From contig NC_043014.1 of the NCBI RefSeq assembly GCF_006345805.1, forward strand, positions 35,898,001-35,962,000: DNA of 64,000 nucleotides. Direction: 5' to 3'. The position numbers were made by a program, and so were the translations under genes. This stretch comes from Octopus sinensis. Its lineage: Eukaryota. The notes under the pieces were generated by a model. That model saw only the letters and a program-made list of their open reading frames with translations. It had not been told where the DNA came from and did not search any database. This document shows positions 10,432 to 22,199 of the stretch, piece after piece; the stretch's first letter is position 1, and each line of letters begins with the position of its first letter.

Positions 10432-12110
10432 ATGGCTCTGAAGAAGAATCCTAATGAAAGTGGTAAGCTTAGAGCCATATTGTTGGAAGATAAAGTGAAT
10501 ATGATAAAACGATATGAAAAGGGTGAAAAGATTGTAGCCATTGCCCGATCGTTTGGGATGAGCCATAACCACTGTATCAACGATTGTGCACGATAGACAA
10601 AAGATTATGGCACAGGTGAAAGATGATGCTTCGGGGATGAAAAAGATTGAAAAGATTGTGTTTGTTTGAAGACTTAAAAAAGGAATATCCAGATGAGAAT
10701 GACGTAGAATTTAAGGCAAATCAGAGATGGTTTATGAGGTTTAAGCAGCAGCAGTGTTTGCACTCTCCAAAAAAAAAAAAAAAACAAGGTGAAAGCGCAT
10801 CGGCTGACGATGTTGCTGCAGTGGAATTTCCTGCTACATTATTGAAGATTATTGAAGATTATTGAAGATAATAGATTTCTACCCGATTTCTATTCAATGT
10901 TGATGAGACCGGTATTTACTGGAAGAAATTACCAGATCGTTCTTTTATATCCAAGGAAGAGAAAAGAATCCCTGGCTACAAAGTATCAGAAGGACGTCTG
11001 ACCTTAATGTTGTGAGGGAATTGTGCAGGCGATTGCAAGCTAAAACCGTTGCTTGTGTATCATGCGCTGAAACCATGAGTTCTTAAGAACATACTCAAGA
11101 CATCTCTTCCTGTAATATGGATGGCTAACTCAAAGGCTTGGGTTACTGTCATTATTTTTGAAGAATGGGTTTTAAATCATTTTATTCCTGAAGCAGAAAA
11201 ATACTGCATGGCTAAAGGGATTCTTTTAAATTCTACTTGTCTTAGATAACGCTCCCGGCCACCCGAAAAATATCGGAGATTTCCACTGTGCCCACAATTT
11301 TACAATGCTGAAGTGAACAAGACCTTGGTGCAGTTGAACAATGAACTGGAAATGGAGTTGGAAGGACAGGATATTTATTAATTATTTGAGAAAGATAAAC
11401 AGTCCCTGACAAACGAAGAGTTGATAGAACTTCATGAACGACAGAAAAAGGAAGAAGAAGAAGAAGAAGAAGAAGAAGAAGAAGAAGAAGAAGAAGAAGA
11501 AGAAGAAGAAGAAGAAGAAGAAGAAGAAGAAGAAGAAGAAGAAGAAGAAGAAGAACCTGATCACGGGACTCGTCGTTTTGCGTTGAAGAAAATGCAAGAG
11601 GCTTTTTCTCATATGCCCTGCTTTATTTGAGGAAGTGGATCCCAATGCACAACGTTTTGTAAAAATATTGGGTGGTTGTCAACAAACTACAGCAACTTAT
11701 AACCTAATCCTTGTAGAGAAAACGAAAAAGACAATTTAAGGAACTTGAGACAAGTTCGCACAAGGATCTCCACCATCACAACAGGAGTCAGCTGACGATC
11801 CCCGACCATCGACATCTAGTATATAATCTTCTCCTCCTCCTACACCATTGTCAACGAGTAACACCTAGGTCAGCCATCGGGTAGGCAACAGTACAGTATT
11901 TTAAATTATTTCTTTCTAATATAAAAGCAGTCTAGGCTTGCCTAACAATTTATAGAATTCGCGGGCTAACATAAAAACAACCTAGGCTAGCTTAGGTTTT
12001 AATTATTACATGTATATACATTTAAATAATGGTTATCTTGACCTAAAACGTTTTGCGACTTAAGTCGTGTCCTCTGGAACCCATTAACGACGTAGAGTGA
12101 AGTATAATTG
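10432..12110 (+). mobile_element. Tigger/pogo DNA transposon, decayed with an internal deletion
   Basis: HTH region LEDKVNMIKRYEKGEKIVAIARSFG; CENP-B-like EFKANQRWFMRFK; DDE pieces FNVDETG and LVLDNAPGHP; 3' TIR-like cgacttaagtcgtg...cattaacgacgtagagtgaagtataattg at about 12056-12110. Confidence 0.88.
11451..11555 (+). repeat. (GAA)35 in frame within the Tigger ORF
   Basis: Uninterrupted GAA run giving poly-Glu between ELHERQKK and PDHG. Confidence 0.95.
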
Positions 12111-12432
12111 TGTGTGTATGTGTGTGTGTGTGTTTGTGTACACACACATACCTATACATACATAAACACACACATATATGCAAACCTGTCATAAACTCGG
12201 GTGCAATAAGAATTTGAAAATACAATTTCTTCACTTTTCATTTGAATTACATTCCTTAAAATCTCTGAGATTTCAGTGAAGAGCATGAGAGCTTCCATTA
12301 TGGAACATCTCGTCACTTTTTGAGTTCAATCTAATCGGTTTGTACAATCAAGCGAACGTGCACGTAGTGAGATAGATGGATAGATAGATACACACACATA
12401 TATAGATACATTTATACATACACATACACACT

Positions 12433-12500
<68 letters not shown>

Positions 12501-12741
12501 ATCAATTAAATTCGAATTAAAGAACTAAGGTTTAGAAAGGAGGCGTTAAGCGCAGTATCCAAACATTGTTTCAGGGTAAGACCCAGGCAGTGTGCCTGCA
12601 GAGCATGTTCACCACTTGTGACTACCAGGCGTCATCAGCGTTACTGTGCGTTCGTCGTTTGATCTACGTCTGGAATTCCGAGGTGCGTGTAGGATATATT
12701 TTAAATGATTGATAAGGAAGACAGGGTGTAACTAGAAGTTT

Positions 12742-12919
12742 TATTAGCACGACAATTGTTTCGGTTTCATTTCTGCACTGGTCCCTAGTGGGCGTGAGAC
12801 GATGTAATGACATTAAATGCAACGCACATTGCTTCTGATGTCATTGCATCATCATTACATCGTCCCACGCCCACTGAGGAACAGTGCAGAATGAAGCCGA
12901 AACGATAGTTGTACTAATA
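12742..12919. repeat. Imperfect inverted repeat, arms about 68 bp, spacer 41 nt
   Basis: tattagcacgacaattgtttcggtttcatttctgcactgg...gacgatgtaatga pairs with tcattacatcgtcccacgcccac...gaaacgatagttgtactaata. Confidence 0.9.
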
Positions 12920-13013
12920 CATCTAGTTAAACTCATTCTTCCGTATCTATCTTCCACGTCCTCGCGTTGCTGTGTTTTTTTCTGTGTTTTCTTGTTTGGA
13001 TTAACTTTATATA

Positions 13014-13390
13014 TACTCTTTACTCTCTTTTACTTGTTTCAGTCATTTGACGACGGCCATGCTGGAGCACCGCTTTTAATCGAGCAACTCGACCCCAGTA
13101 CTTATTCTATCGGTGTCTTTTGCCGAACCGCTAAGTAACGGGTACATAAACACACCAGCATCGGTTGTCAAGCAATGCTAGGGGGACAAACACAGACACA
13201 CAAACACACACACGCATATATATACATATATACGACGGGCTTCTTTCAGTTTCCGTCTACCAAATCCATTCCTAAGGCTTTGGTCGGCCCGAGGCTATAG
13301 TAGAAGACATTTTCCCAAAGTGTCACGCAGTGGGACTGAACCCTGAACCATGTGGTTGGTAAACAAGCTACTTACCACACAGCCACTCCT
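13014..13390 (-). mobile_element. SINE family A
   Basis: Near full-length reverse copy. Confidence 0.9.
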
Positions 13391-13404
13391 ATATATATAT
13401 ATAA

Positions 13405-13920
13405 TAATGGGTAAAATTAATTAATTAATTAATTAATAATTGATAATTTTACCAAGTAGTTTCGGCATGTTAAAAGAACCATTTTTGCTCAATAACACAC
13501 GTGAGTAGGTGAGGGAGAATACGAAATCTCATTCGTATGTTTTGAATTCGTTCGTACTAGTCATTGTCTGATGTCGTTTGAAATCAGATAGGTATGTTCG
13601 ATTTTTTTCAGTGCTCTCAAATTTAAAATCTTGAAATACTGTGCTGAAGAGCGAGAATGATGGAATGGAAATGTGGTTTTTTGCATTTTTCATATCTATC
13701 TAAATCCTAAACGCGTCCACAGTTACTCAAATGCCGGGTGAATTCGTTGTTTTTTCTGTTTACCTATGTGGATTGTTTTTGAGTAATATGTCATCTGGGA
13801 GATTTTCTTATGGTAGAGAAATAGCTAGTTTTTGACTGCTATTTCTAAATTTCGGTATGTGGTAAAGCAAATTTTTTGCTGAATCCTAATTATAATTATA
13901 CTCATAATTATAAAAATCAT
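13405..13920 (-). mobile_element. Interspersed repeat family E (probably Penelope-derived)
   Basis: Blocks taattttaccaagtagtttcggcatg and tttttgactgctatttctaaatttcggtatgtgg are shared with 54136-54455 and 60605-60952. Confidence 0.55.
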
Positions 13921-14532
13921 AATATATATATATATCGTCAGAATTTAGAAAATTCGAGGGAACGTGAAAATTTTCTTTTTGGAGAGGGTGAAATTCGAAG
14001 CAGATAAAGCTGTAAATAAATTTTCTGTTAAAAATATTGGATTGAAAAAAGTCGAAGACTAGCCGTGGGACATCAAAAAGGCCTGGCTGTGAGAGAAATA
14101 TAAAAATGTAAATAGATTCCTTCAGTGCTTTTGACGTGAGAGTACGAAAGACGCAGAGTCACTTAATATACCGTTTCACGATTTGTTGGACACTCTTCCT
14201 TCCCCAATCAATAGCATAGAAAATTCTGCTATTATATATAACAGTCATAAATTAAATTCGCACTGTAGTGAGAACTAAATTCATAACTGCTTTGTATAGC
14301 ATATAGTTTAGTTTGTATATTTGTCCTTTTTATGGTTCTTCATAAAGTTATGGCTCCTTACATAAACTCTCATGAACGGTGCAGTGTGAACTGGAAAGAG
14401 TGAAATAAATATGAATATTAGAAAATCCGGCTTCGAGAGAAATATAAGATTGTCAACCACATATATGATATGCTTCTGCGTGTGTGTGTGTGTGTGTGTG
14501 TATACACATACACACACGCGCGCGCGCACACA

Positions 14533-14820
14533 GTGGAGGCGCAATGGCCCAGTGGTTATGGCAGCGGACTCGCGGTCGGAGGACCGTGGCTTCGAATCCC
14601 AGACCGGGCGTTGTGCGTGTTTATTGGGCTAAAACACCTAAAAGCCCCACGAGGCTCCGGCTGGGGGTGGTGAGGGTGTTTTACTCTTTCGCAACAACTT
14701 TCACTCTCCTGTTTCTTGAGTAACGCTGCGATGGACTGGCGTTCCGTCCCAACTGTGGGGAACAAATACGCCACAGAAACCGGGCCCATGAGCCTTGCTA
14801 GGCTTGAAAAGGGCGACGTT
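14533..14820 (+). mobile_element. tRNA-derived SINE with a V-domain-like core (family F)
   Basis: A-box tggcccagtgg, B-box cttcgaatccc, core ctgcgatggactggcgttccgtcc resembling the V-SINE central domain; second copy at 57538-57832. Confidence 0.7.
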
Positions 14821-14828
14821 TATCGTTT

Positions 14829-14870
<42 letters not shown>

Positions 14871-14876
14871 TATATA

Positions 14877-15004
14877 TATATTCTCTGAAGAGGCCTTGAG
14901 ATATAAGCGTCTCATTTATAAGCACATATTAACTTATCACACCTGGCTAATATGAGCATAATGAGATACTCATATCTACATGGCTGAAACAGCTGTAAGA
15001 TATA
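14877..15004 (+). ncRNA. Candidate type I hammerhead ribozyme with intact core, in a Penelope-type solo terminal repeat
   Basis: Stem I tata-t-tct/aga-tata; CTGAAGA 14885-14891; stem II ggcc/ggct; GAAA 14986-14989; palindromic stem III acagctgt; GTA cleavage triplet 14995-14997. Confidence 0.6.
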
Positions 15005-15222
15005 GTTTATATTTATATTTATATTTATTTATATTTATTTATACATATTGTGCTTATTGTATCATATTACTCATTGATGTGCACTGTTTTGTTCTGTACT
15101 ATTATATTTGACCTTGATGTTCATATGTAGTTGGTTAATAAATTATGTGAATGGGTATTATCTGATAGTTGATTATTGATTAAGGTGTATTTCTCCATTT
15201 TCTTGTTGTATTATATATATAC

Positions 15223-15264
<42 letters not shown>

Positions 15265-15339
15265 TGTGTGTGTGTAAATATATCTGAGTGAGAATTTACA
15301 TGTATCTTTGTATTCGAAGTTATAGTTACAGACTGAGAT

Positions 15340-15396
<57 letters not shown>

Positions 15397-15412
15397 AAGA
15401 TAGAGATAGATT

Positions 15413-15461
<49 letters not shown>

Positions 15462-16442
15462 ACACTTGAAACTGAGAATAGACCATCATAAACTGACGCA
15501 ACCACTCATAAAATCATACACCACCACCCCCACACACACAGAGTTGGACAGTCAGACTAATTGTTCTGGCAGACGAACATAAATATCGCTATAACTTAAA
15601 ATTCCTCTCCATATCTGCTTGAAACGTAATATATTTTTTTTCAATATTTTAATTACTTTAAAGTAATGAACAAAAGAAGTGTTATTGCTTTGACACTATC
15701 ACCTCTTGAACAACCACTAATCAACACCACCTTCACAAACCACACTCACCACACCACCACCATCACGAGCTAAAAGATCATCACATCTATTATTACCGCT
15801 ACCACCACAACCACCATTACATCCACCACTACTACCGACAACAACAATCGCATCAACAACGGCAATCATTGAGGAATCCTTGTCTGGTTGTTCGATATTC
15901 TAGAAACAATAGCCATATCGCTAATAAAGTCACACTATTTTTAAAAGAATGGGTACAATGCACAATGGGGCCTAAAATAAATTAAAAAGATATGTGGTCA
16001 GACATGGATTTTATATCTGCTTGATTAGGGTGACCTGGCATAAAATTTTTCAGAAATGCCCGTTTCTGGACTTTCAAGAAAAAGCAGCCGAATCCTTGCT
16101 CAATTGAGAATCTACTGTCTTAAAGAAGGAACAATATATTAAGTAACAATTACACACTGACAGGAAAACAAAATACCACGTGATGGTCGAAATGTCTTCG
16201 ATCGTAAGTCTTCGAGATTGGGTTTCCCCTGAAACTAACACCATCCATACCCCTCATTCAACCATTTTCACCACTAAACTCTTCAAGACCATGGTGATGA
16301 TGGTAGAAGCTATGATGGTATTCTTGCTATTGATGTTTTTAACTCCTGATCGGTCCTGAACGAGTTGACCTATGATTAAAAACACTCCACCAGCGCCTAT
16401 TCCAGTATATATTCAGATAAAGTGCATCTAAGACTGCAATAT

Positions 16443-16549
16443 CCAATGAATGGATTTGTAGTGACGCCATCTTGGAAATCTCCAGCACGCATGCGCAGGG
16501 TTGGAATCTTCCGGAAGGCCTGCCGGAAGTTCCCTCATGCGCATGCGCA
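16443..16549. promoter_or_regulatory. Housekeeping-type promoter motif cluster (CCAAT, YY1, 2x NRF1, 2x ETS)
   Basis: cgccatcttgg 16465-16475; cacgcatgcgca 16486-16497; ttccggaa 16509-16516; gccggaagt 16522-16530; tgcgcatgcgca 16538-16549; locally CpG-rich. Confidence 0.55.
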
Positions 16550-17099
16550 GAAAACTAGCAGCAGCGAAATTCTCTTGTATCTCTCTTTTTGACGCTAGCA
16601 GCTGAACGATACAGAAGTATCCCCATCAGCTCTCTCGAGTTGCTACGTCGTGGCGCATCCCCGCTATGTTTGAACGGGCAGGATCAACTCACTCCACTTG
16701 ACTACTGCCGATAAGCTGCTAGGTTGCCGATTCGCCCAGAGGAAGGAAATGTTTATATTGCAAATCAAAGAATAAGTATTTATACTGTTGAAGTTAACGG
16801 AAAATCTTGACTCTTTCTTCAATTAATATTTGATGTAAAGAATGCGAGCAGCACCCATCCAGTGCGGGAAGCTCAAAGAGAATGTCAAATGATTTTTTTC
16901 TATTTCTTCTAATATTTGTTAATGATTTTAGAGGATTTGGCTGCTGTTACTTGCAAGTCGAGTGAGTATATAGGGCTCGTATTGATATGTTGGCTTGTAG
17001 TGATATGGTGAATATTGCGATAGTGGCCATAATAATAATTTCTGATTCTGCCTGAAAGCTCCTGTTGTGTCTTGCTAGAAGGGGCTCTTAATACGGGTT

Positions 17100-17310
17100 T
17101 CAAATTTTGGCGCTAGGCTAGCAAATCGAGATAAGGGACTAAGTCAATTACATCGACCTCAGCGTTCAATTAGTACTTATTTTATGGAACCCCAAAGAAT
17201 GAAAGGCGAGGTCGACCTTGGCGGAATTTGAACTCAGAACATGACAATTGACAAAATGTCGCTAGGCATTTTGCCCGGCTTGCTAACGATTCCGCCAGCT
17301 CGCCGACTTT
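17100..17310 (-). mobile_element. Diverged SINE family B-related copy
   Basis: attacatcgacctcagcg...gaatgaaaggcgaggtcgaccttggcggaatttgaactcagaac...ccgccagctcgccg. Confidence 0.75.
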
Positions 17311-17631
17311 AGGGCACTTAACAATAAGAAAACGTGTCAAACTTTATAGGCAACACAATAATTTACAAAAGAAGAACTCTCCCGGCAAGAACATAATCTT
17401 GCTTTTTATAATAGTCCTATGCTTTGAATAGCTCACTGCTTTTTAAAGTATATTTTTAAAAGTACTTTTTTTACTTTTGAGTTTTAAGGGGTTTGAGGGA
17501 AACAAACGATTAAATGTGACCCCAGTACTTGACTTGGTATTTTAATTTATCGTCTCCTGAAGGATGAACGTCAAAGATGATCGTGGCTAGACTGGAACTC
17601 AGAACTCAGAAGTCTTCTTCTTCTTATTATT

Positions 17632-17670
<39 letters not shown>

Positions 17671-17689
17671 ACTATTACTAATATTACTA

Positions 17690-17870
17690 TTGTTATTTTA
17701 CTTCTCAAAGTTCTCGGTCTTGCTCAGGTTGATTTTGTGAGAACGGCCAATAACCTGTTGTCAGAGGTTTCACAGGGTCTCTTTCCGCAAATTATAAGCT
17801 TTGGTACTTGGACATCAACTTATCGTGGAAGACACTCAACACCTAAGCACCAATTCGAGTATTTTGTGGT
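17690..17870 (-). mobile_element. 3' end fragment of a non-LTR element with (TAA)n tail, probably R4/Dong clade
   Basis: Clear homologue at 19320-19480; both abut long (ATT)n tracts. Confidence 0.5.
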
Positions 17871-17987
17871 AGAGGTTTTCATGTATTGTGTGTGGTGGTA
17901 GTGGTGGGGGGGGGGTAAGGCTTTTGAGTAGCGAATTGGATTGGTTTAATGCAGTGCTTTGAATGCACGCTGGAGACTGGAACAAAG

Positions 17988-18556
17988 TATTGGGTTGTCC
18001 GGAAAGTTCGTGCCGATTTTTAAAGGAAAGAAAAAGGTCAAAAAATACTTGCCATTACATTTTTAATCAACCAAATATGAACCATTTTGTTACACAATGC
18101 GTCCCCATCTTTCCTTTAACTTGAAAATATCCTCTTCCCAGAATTGAGGTGGTTTCATGGCAAAGAATTCATCAAGTTATCTTTTTATGTCATCCAAGGA
18201 ATTGAAATGTTTACTATTAAGATTATTCTGCAGAGACCTGAATAAGTGGAAATTCGAAGGAGCAATATCTGGTGAATATAAAGGGTGGGGTAACACATCC
18301 CAGCCGAGCTGCAGCAATTTTGTCTGGTTCCCAAGGCATCAAGTGCCGAAAATGAACTTTCTTATCTTCCATTTTAAAGGGTTACAAAATTAACACAGGT
18401 TATAGGAACATAAACCTTCTTCTACGAAAAGATAGCTTAAACTGTGCTCTAAATGGAGGTGTAGTGAAATCCTATTTTATGGACTCAACCATGTTCTAAA
18501 ATAAGTCGAAATGTAAGCTACTATAAATCGGCACGAACTTTCCGGACAACCCAATG
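17988..18556 (-). mobile_element. Internally deleted mariner with 30-bp perfect TIRs
   Basis: ttgggttgtccggaaagttcgtgccgattt starts at 17990 and its reverse complement ends at 18554; minus strand encodes QLGWDVLPHPLYSPDIAPSNFHLFRSLQN; TA on the left side. Confidence 0.92.
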
Positions 18557-18959
18557 TATAGGGCTTGATGGATGAGATATCAAAGAGGGATCTTCCACGA
18601 TTTTTGATGGTATACATGTATGAAAAACTGTTGTGGAAAATTTCACTCTAAGTAAAGCTTAATCGAGAAGCCCTTATAATGAAATGAATTTCAGCATTAA
18701 CCATCTAGCCGTTTCGTGTGTCCAGGTGCAGGACTTTATTATCCAATGTATACTACCGTTTTAAAACATTAGGGTATCATCTGAGAGTGAATTGGTTGCT
18801 ATTTCTTGTAGAATTTAAGGTCACGTAGTGTTGCTGCTGATAGCAATAATATGTTACAGTTTTGCTGTTGAGATAATTGTTTTAGTTATATGATATTTTA
18901 CGCAACCTGACAATAAAAGCAAGCAATAAGAATTTTATGAGTACAATAAACATTTATTA

Positions 18960-19063
18960 CTATAGCTGTTTCTGTTATTATTAATCACCATGGCATTAAG
19001 AAAAACCTTCTTCTTCTTCTTCTTCTTCTTCTTATTATTATTATTATTATCATTATTATTATT

Positions 19064-19155
<92 letters not shown>

Positions 19156-19157
19156 CA

Positions 19158-19195
<38 letters not shown>

Positions 19196-19221
19196 TATTA
19201 TTATTATTATTATTATTATTG

Positions 19222-19274
<53 letters not shown>

Positions 19275-19320
19275 ATTGTTATTATTATTATAATTATTAT
19301 TATTATTATTATTATTATCC
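18960..19320. repeat. Compound (TTC)n/(ATT)n/(ATC)n microsatellite
   Basis: Direct reading. Confidence 0.95.
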
Positions 19321-19480
19321 TACTTCTCAGAGCTCTCGGCCTTAATTGCTCAGGTTGAATTTTTGAGAACGGCCAACAACCTGTTGTCAGATGTCTCACG
19401 GGGTCTATTTCCGCAAATTATAAGCTTTGGTGCTTGAATATCAACTTATCGTGAAAGACACTCAACACTTAAGCATCAAT
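19320..19480 (-). mobile_element. Second 3' end fragment of the (TAA)n-tailed non-LTR element
   Basis: Similar to 17690-17870 (tacttctc...gagaacggcca...ccgcaaattataagctttgg...gacactcaacac). Confidence 0.5.
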
Positions 19481-19614
19481 CACAAAATCTTAGCTGTCCC
19501 CCAATAAAGCAGGTTTTTGGGCCTGCTCTGCTCTCATGTCAATTACAATTTCTTCGACATATTTCTCGAACCTAGTTGTTAATTATCATCATCATCATCA
19601 TCATCATCATCGTC

Positions 19615-20090
19615 AAGGCGGTGAGCTGGCAGAACCGTTAGCACGCCGGGCGAAATGCGTAGCCGTATTTCGTCTGCCGTTACGTTCTGAGTTCAAATTC
19701 CACCGAGGTCGTCTTCGCCTTTCATCCTTTCGGGGTCGATAAATTAAGTACCAGTTACGCACTGGGGTCGATGTAATCGACTGAATTCGTTAGTCTGTTC
19801 TTGTTTGTCCTTTCTGTGTTTAGCTCCTTGCGGGTAGTAAAGAAACATATTTTAAGGCGGCGAACTGGCAGAAACGTTAACACGCCGGGCGAAATGCTTA
19901 GCGGTATTTCGTCTGCCCCTACATTCTGAGTTCAAATTCCGCCGAGGTCGACTTTGCCTTTCATCCTTTCGGGGTCGATAAATTAAGTACCACTTACGCA
20001 CTGGGGTCGATGTAATCAACTTAATCCGGTTGTCTGTCCTTGTTCGTCCCCTCTGTGTTTGGCCCCTTGTTGTTAGTAAAGAAATAGATA
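19615..20090 (+). mobile_element. Two head-to-tail SINE family B copies
   Basis: aaggcgg(t/c)ga(g/a)ctggcagaa heads at about 19615 and 19854, each running to gtagtaaagaaa. Confidence 0.9.
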
Positions 20091-20210
20091 TTTCGTCTGA
20101 CGCTACGACTTTGCATTTCGATAAATTAAGTACCATTTGCATACTGGGGTCGATGTAATCGACATAATCCCTTCTACCAAATCTGAGGCCTTGTGCTTCC
20201 AGTAGAAAGG

Positions 20211-20305
<95 letters not shown>

Positions 20306-20982
20306 CATCATCATCATTATTATTATTATTATTTTCATTATCATCTTTCAATTCTGTTTCCATCTCTTGCCGACGGTCTTCTTGACATCTAGGGCAGAGA
20401 AACGCCGGGTGAAATGCTTAGCGGTATTTCGTCCGCCGTTAAGTTCTGAGATAAAATCCGCCGAGGTCGACTTTGCCTTTCATCCTTTCGGGGTCGATAA
20501 ATTAAGTACCACTTACGCACTGGGGTCGATGTAATCAACTTAATCCGGTTGTCTGTCCTTGTTCGTCCCCTCTGTGTTTGGCCCCTTGTTGTTAGTAAAG
20601 AAATAGATATTTCGTCTGACGCTACGACTTTGCATTTCGATAAATTAAGTACCATTTGCATACTGGGGTCGATGTAATCGACATAATCCCTTCTACCAAA
20701 TCTGAGGCCTTGTGCTTCCAGTAGAAAGGATTATTATTATTATTATATTATTATTATTATTATTATTATATTATTATTATTATTATATTATTATTATTAT
20801 TATTATTATTATCATCATCATCATTATTATTATTATTATTTTCATTATCATCTTTCAATTCTGTTTCCATCTCTTGCCGACGGTCTTCTTGACATCTAGG
20901 GCAGAGAAACGCCGGGTGAAATGCTTAGCGGTATTTCGTCCGCCGTTAAGTTCTGAGATAAAATTCCGCCGAGGTCGACTTT
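19939..20982. repeat. Near-identical tandem duplication, period about 510-520 bp
   Basis: ccgccgaggtcgacttt at 19939, 20458 and 20966; the two intervening blocks match apart from (ATT)n length and small indels. Confidence 0.92.
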
Positions 20983-21094
20983 ACCCTTAATCCTCTCGTG
21001 GTAGACGAAACAAGTACCAGTCACGCACTGAAGTCAATTTAATCGACTAGGCCCTTTCTTCAAAAACTTTTCAAGGCCTTCTGCCCAGAGTAGA

Positions 21095-21185
<91 letters not shown>

Positions 21186-21229
21186 GCAATAATAATAACA
21201 ACTGAAAAATAACTTCCAAGGACTAGAAT

Positions 21230-21660
21230 AGCTACAATTTCTTGTACAGTTTTCGAGCACACAAACGATCAGCTTTAAGAACTTAAATATCCACCACATC
21301 TGTGAATACCTATCCTCTCCTTTCTCCTTGAGTATTCGAAAATGTAAACATCGTCTTTATTCTAAGAACACTACGGTTTTCTCTATTCGGACAAACAAAA
21401 GATCATCTTAAGTAAATTAAAACTTTTATATCTACAATTTCTGTGAAGATTTTACCCACCTTTTCTTTTCTTTCCTGAGTATTCGAAAATGTTAACATAT
21501 TTATTATTGCCAAAACACTACAGTTTTCTCTGATTGGAAATACAAACGAACATCTCTAAGAAATTTAGAAACTTTAATATCTACAATTTTGTGTGAAAAT
21601 TTTATCTTTCTTTTTTCCCTGACTACCCGAATGTTAACATGCCTTTTATTGTAACAACGC
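21230..21660. repeat. Old tandem repeat, about 145-147 bp period, roughly 3 copies
   Basis: gagtattcgaaaatgt at 21330 and 21477, degenerate gactacccgaatgtt at 21621; shared atatctacaattt blocks. Confidence 0.75.
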
Positions 21661-21806
21661 AATTAAATGCACGATAAAAGCACCTACCAATATATACAAA
21701 CTGCACAATTACAAAAACTGTAAACCACAGCAAAACTAATAAAAGGGAAGGAAAATTTCAAGGAAAAAAAGAAAAATTCAGAAATTCAACAGGTGAACAC
21801 CAGTAT

Positions 21807-21884
<78 letters not shown>

Positions 21885-22199
21885 ATTATTTTTTCTATCA
21901 GTAATTAAAAATAGAACAAGGTGAATTGGTTCTTTTCAAGGCTAAGGTCAGCGCTCTCATTGGTCGCCAGTAGAAGTAAACACATTTAACCCCTGCTGAC
22001 CCCAAGGGTGTGAGGCCGCTTTTGTCTCCTTATCACACAGGAATGCCTGTTACTGATCTCTTCACCATCTGCCGCATCTATTTACAGATCTGTGGAATTT
22101 AATATATTCACCAAGCTGTCTCACTTGCTCCTACTATTCCCTTAAACACTCACATATTTATGGTCCTCTCAAGTACAACACAAAAGATAATAATAATAA

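Noticed and set aside
12873-12912. Hammerhead-like CTGAGGA...GAAA in the foldback arm
   Set aside because: Neither stem II nor stem I pairs properly in either arm.
13450-13495. Possible hammerhead in family E (atgccgaaactact on the minus strand)
   Set aside because: No CUGANGA core in any of the three copies.
16340-16470. Short minus-strand ORF from the ATG inside the YY1 motif (MASLQIHS...)
   Set aside because: No splice donor seen, and it runs into repeat-like sequence before a stop; the ATG is part of the motif itself.
18935-21299. Poly-Ile/Asn/Tyr ORFs
   Set aside because: (ATT)n/(ATC)n tracts plus SINE sequence.
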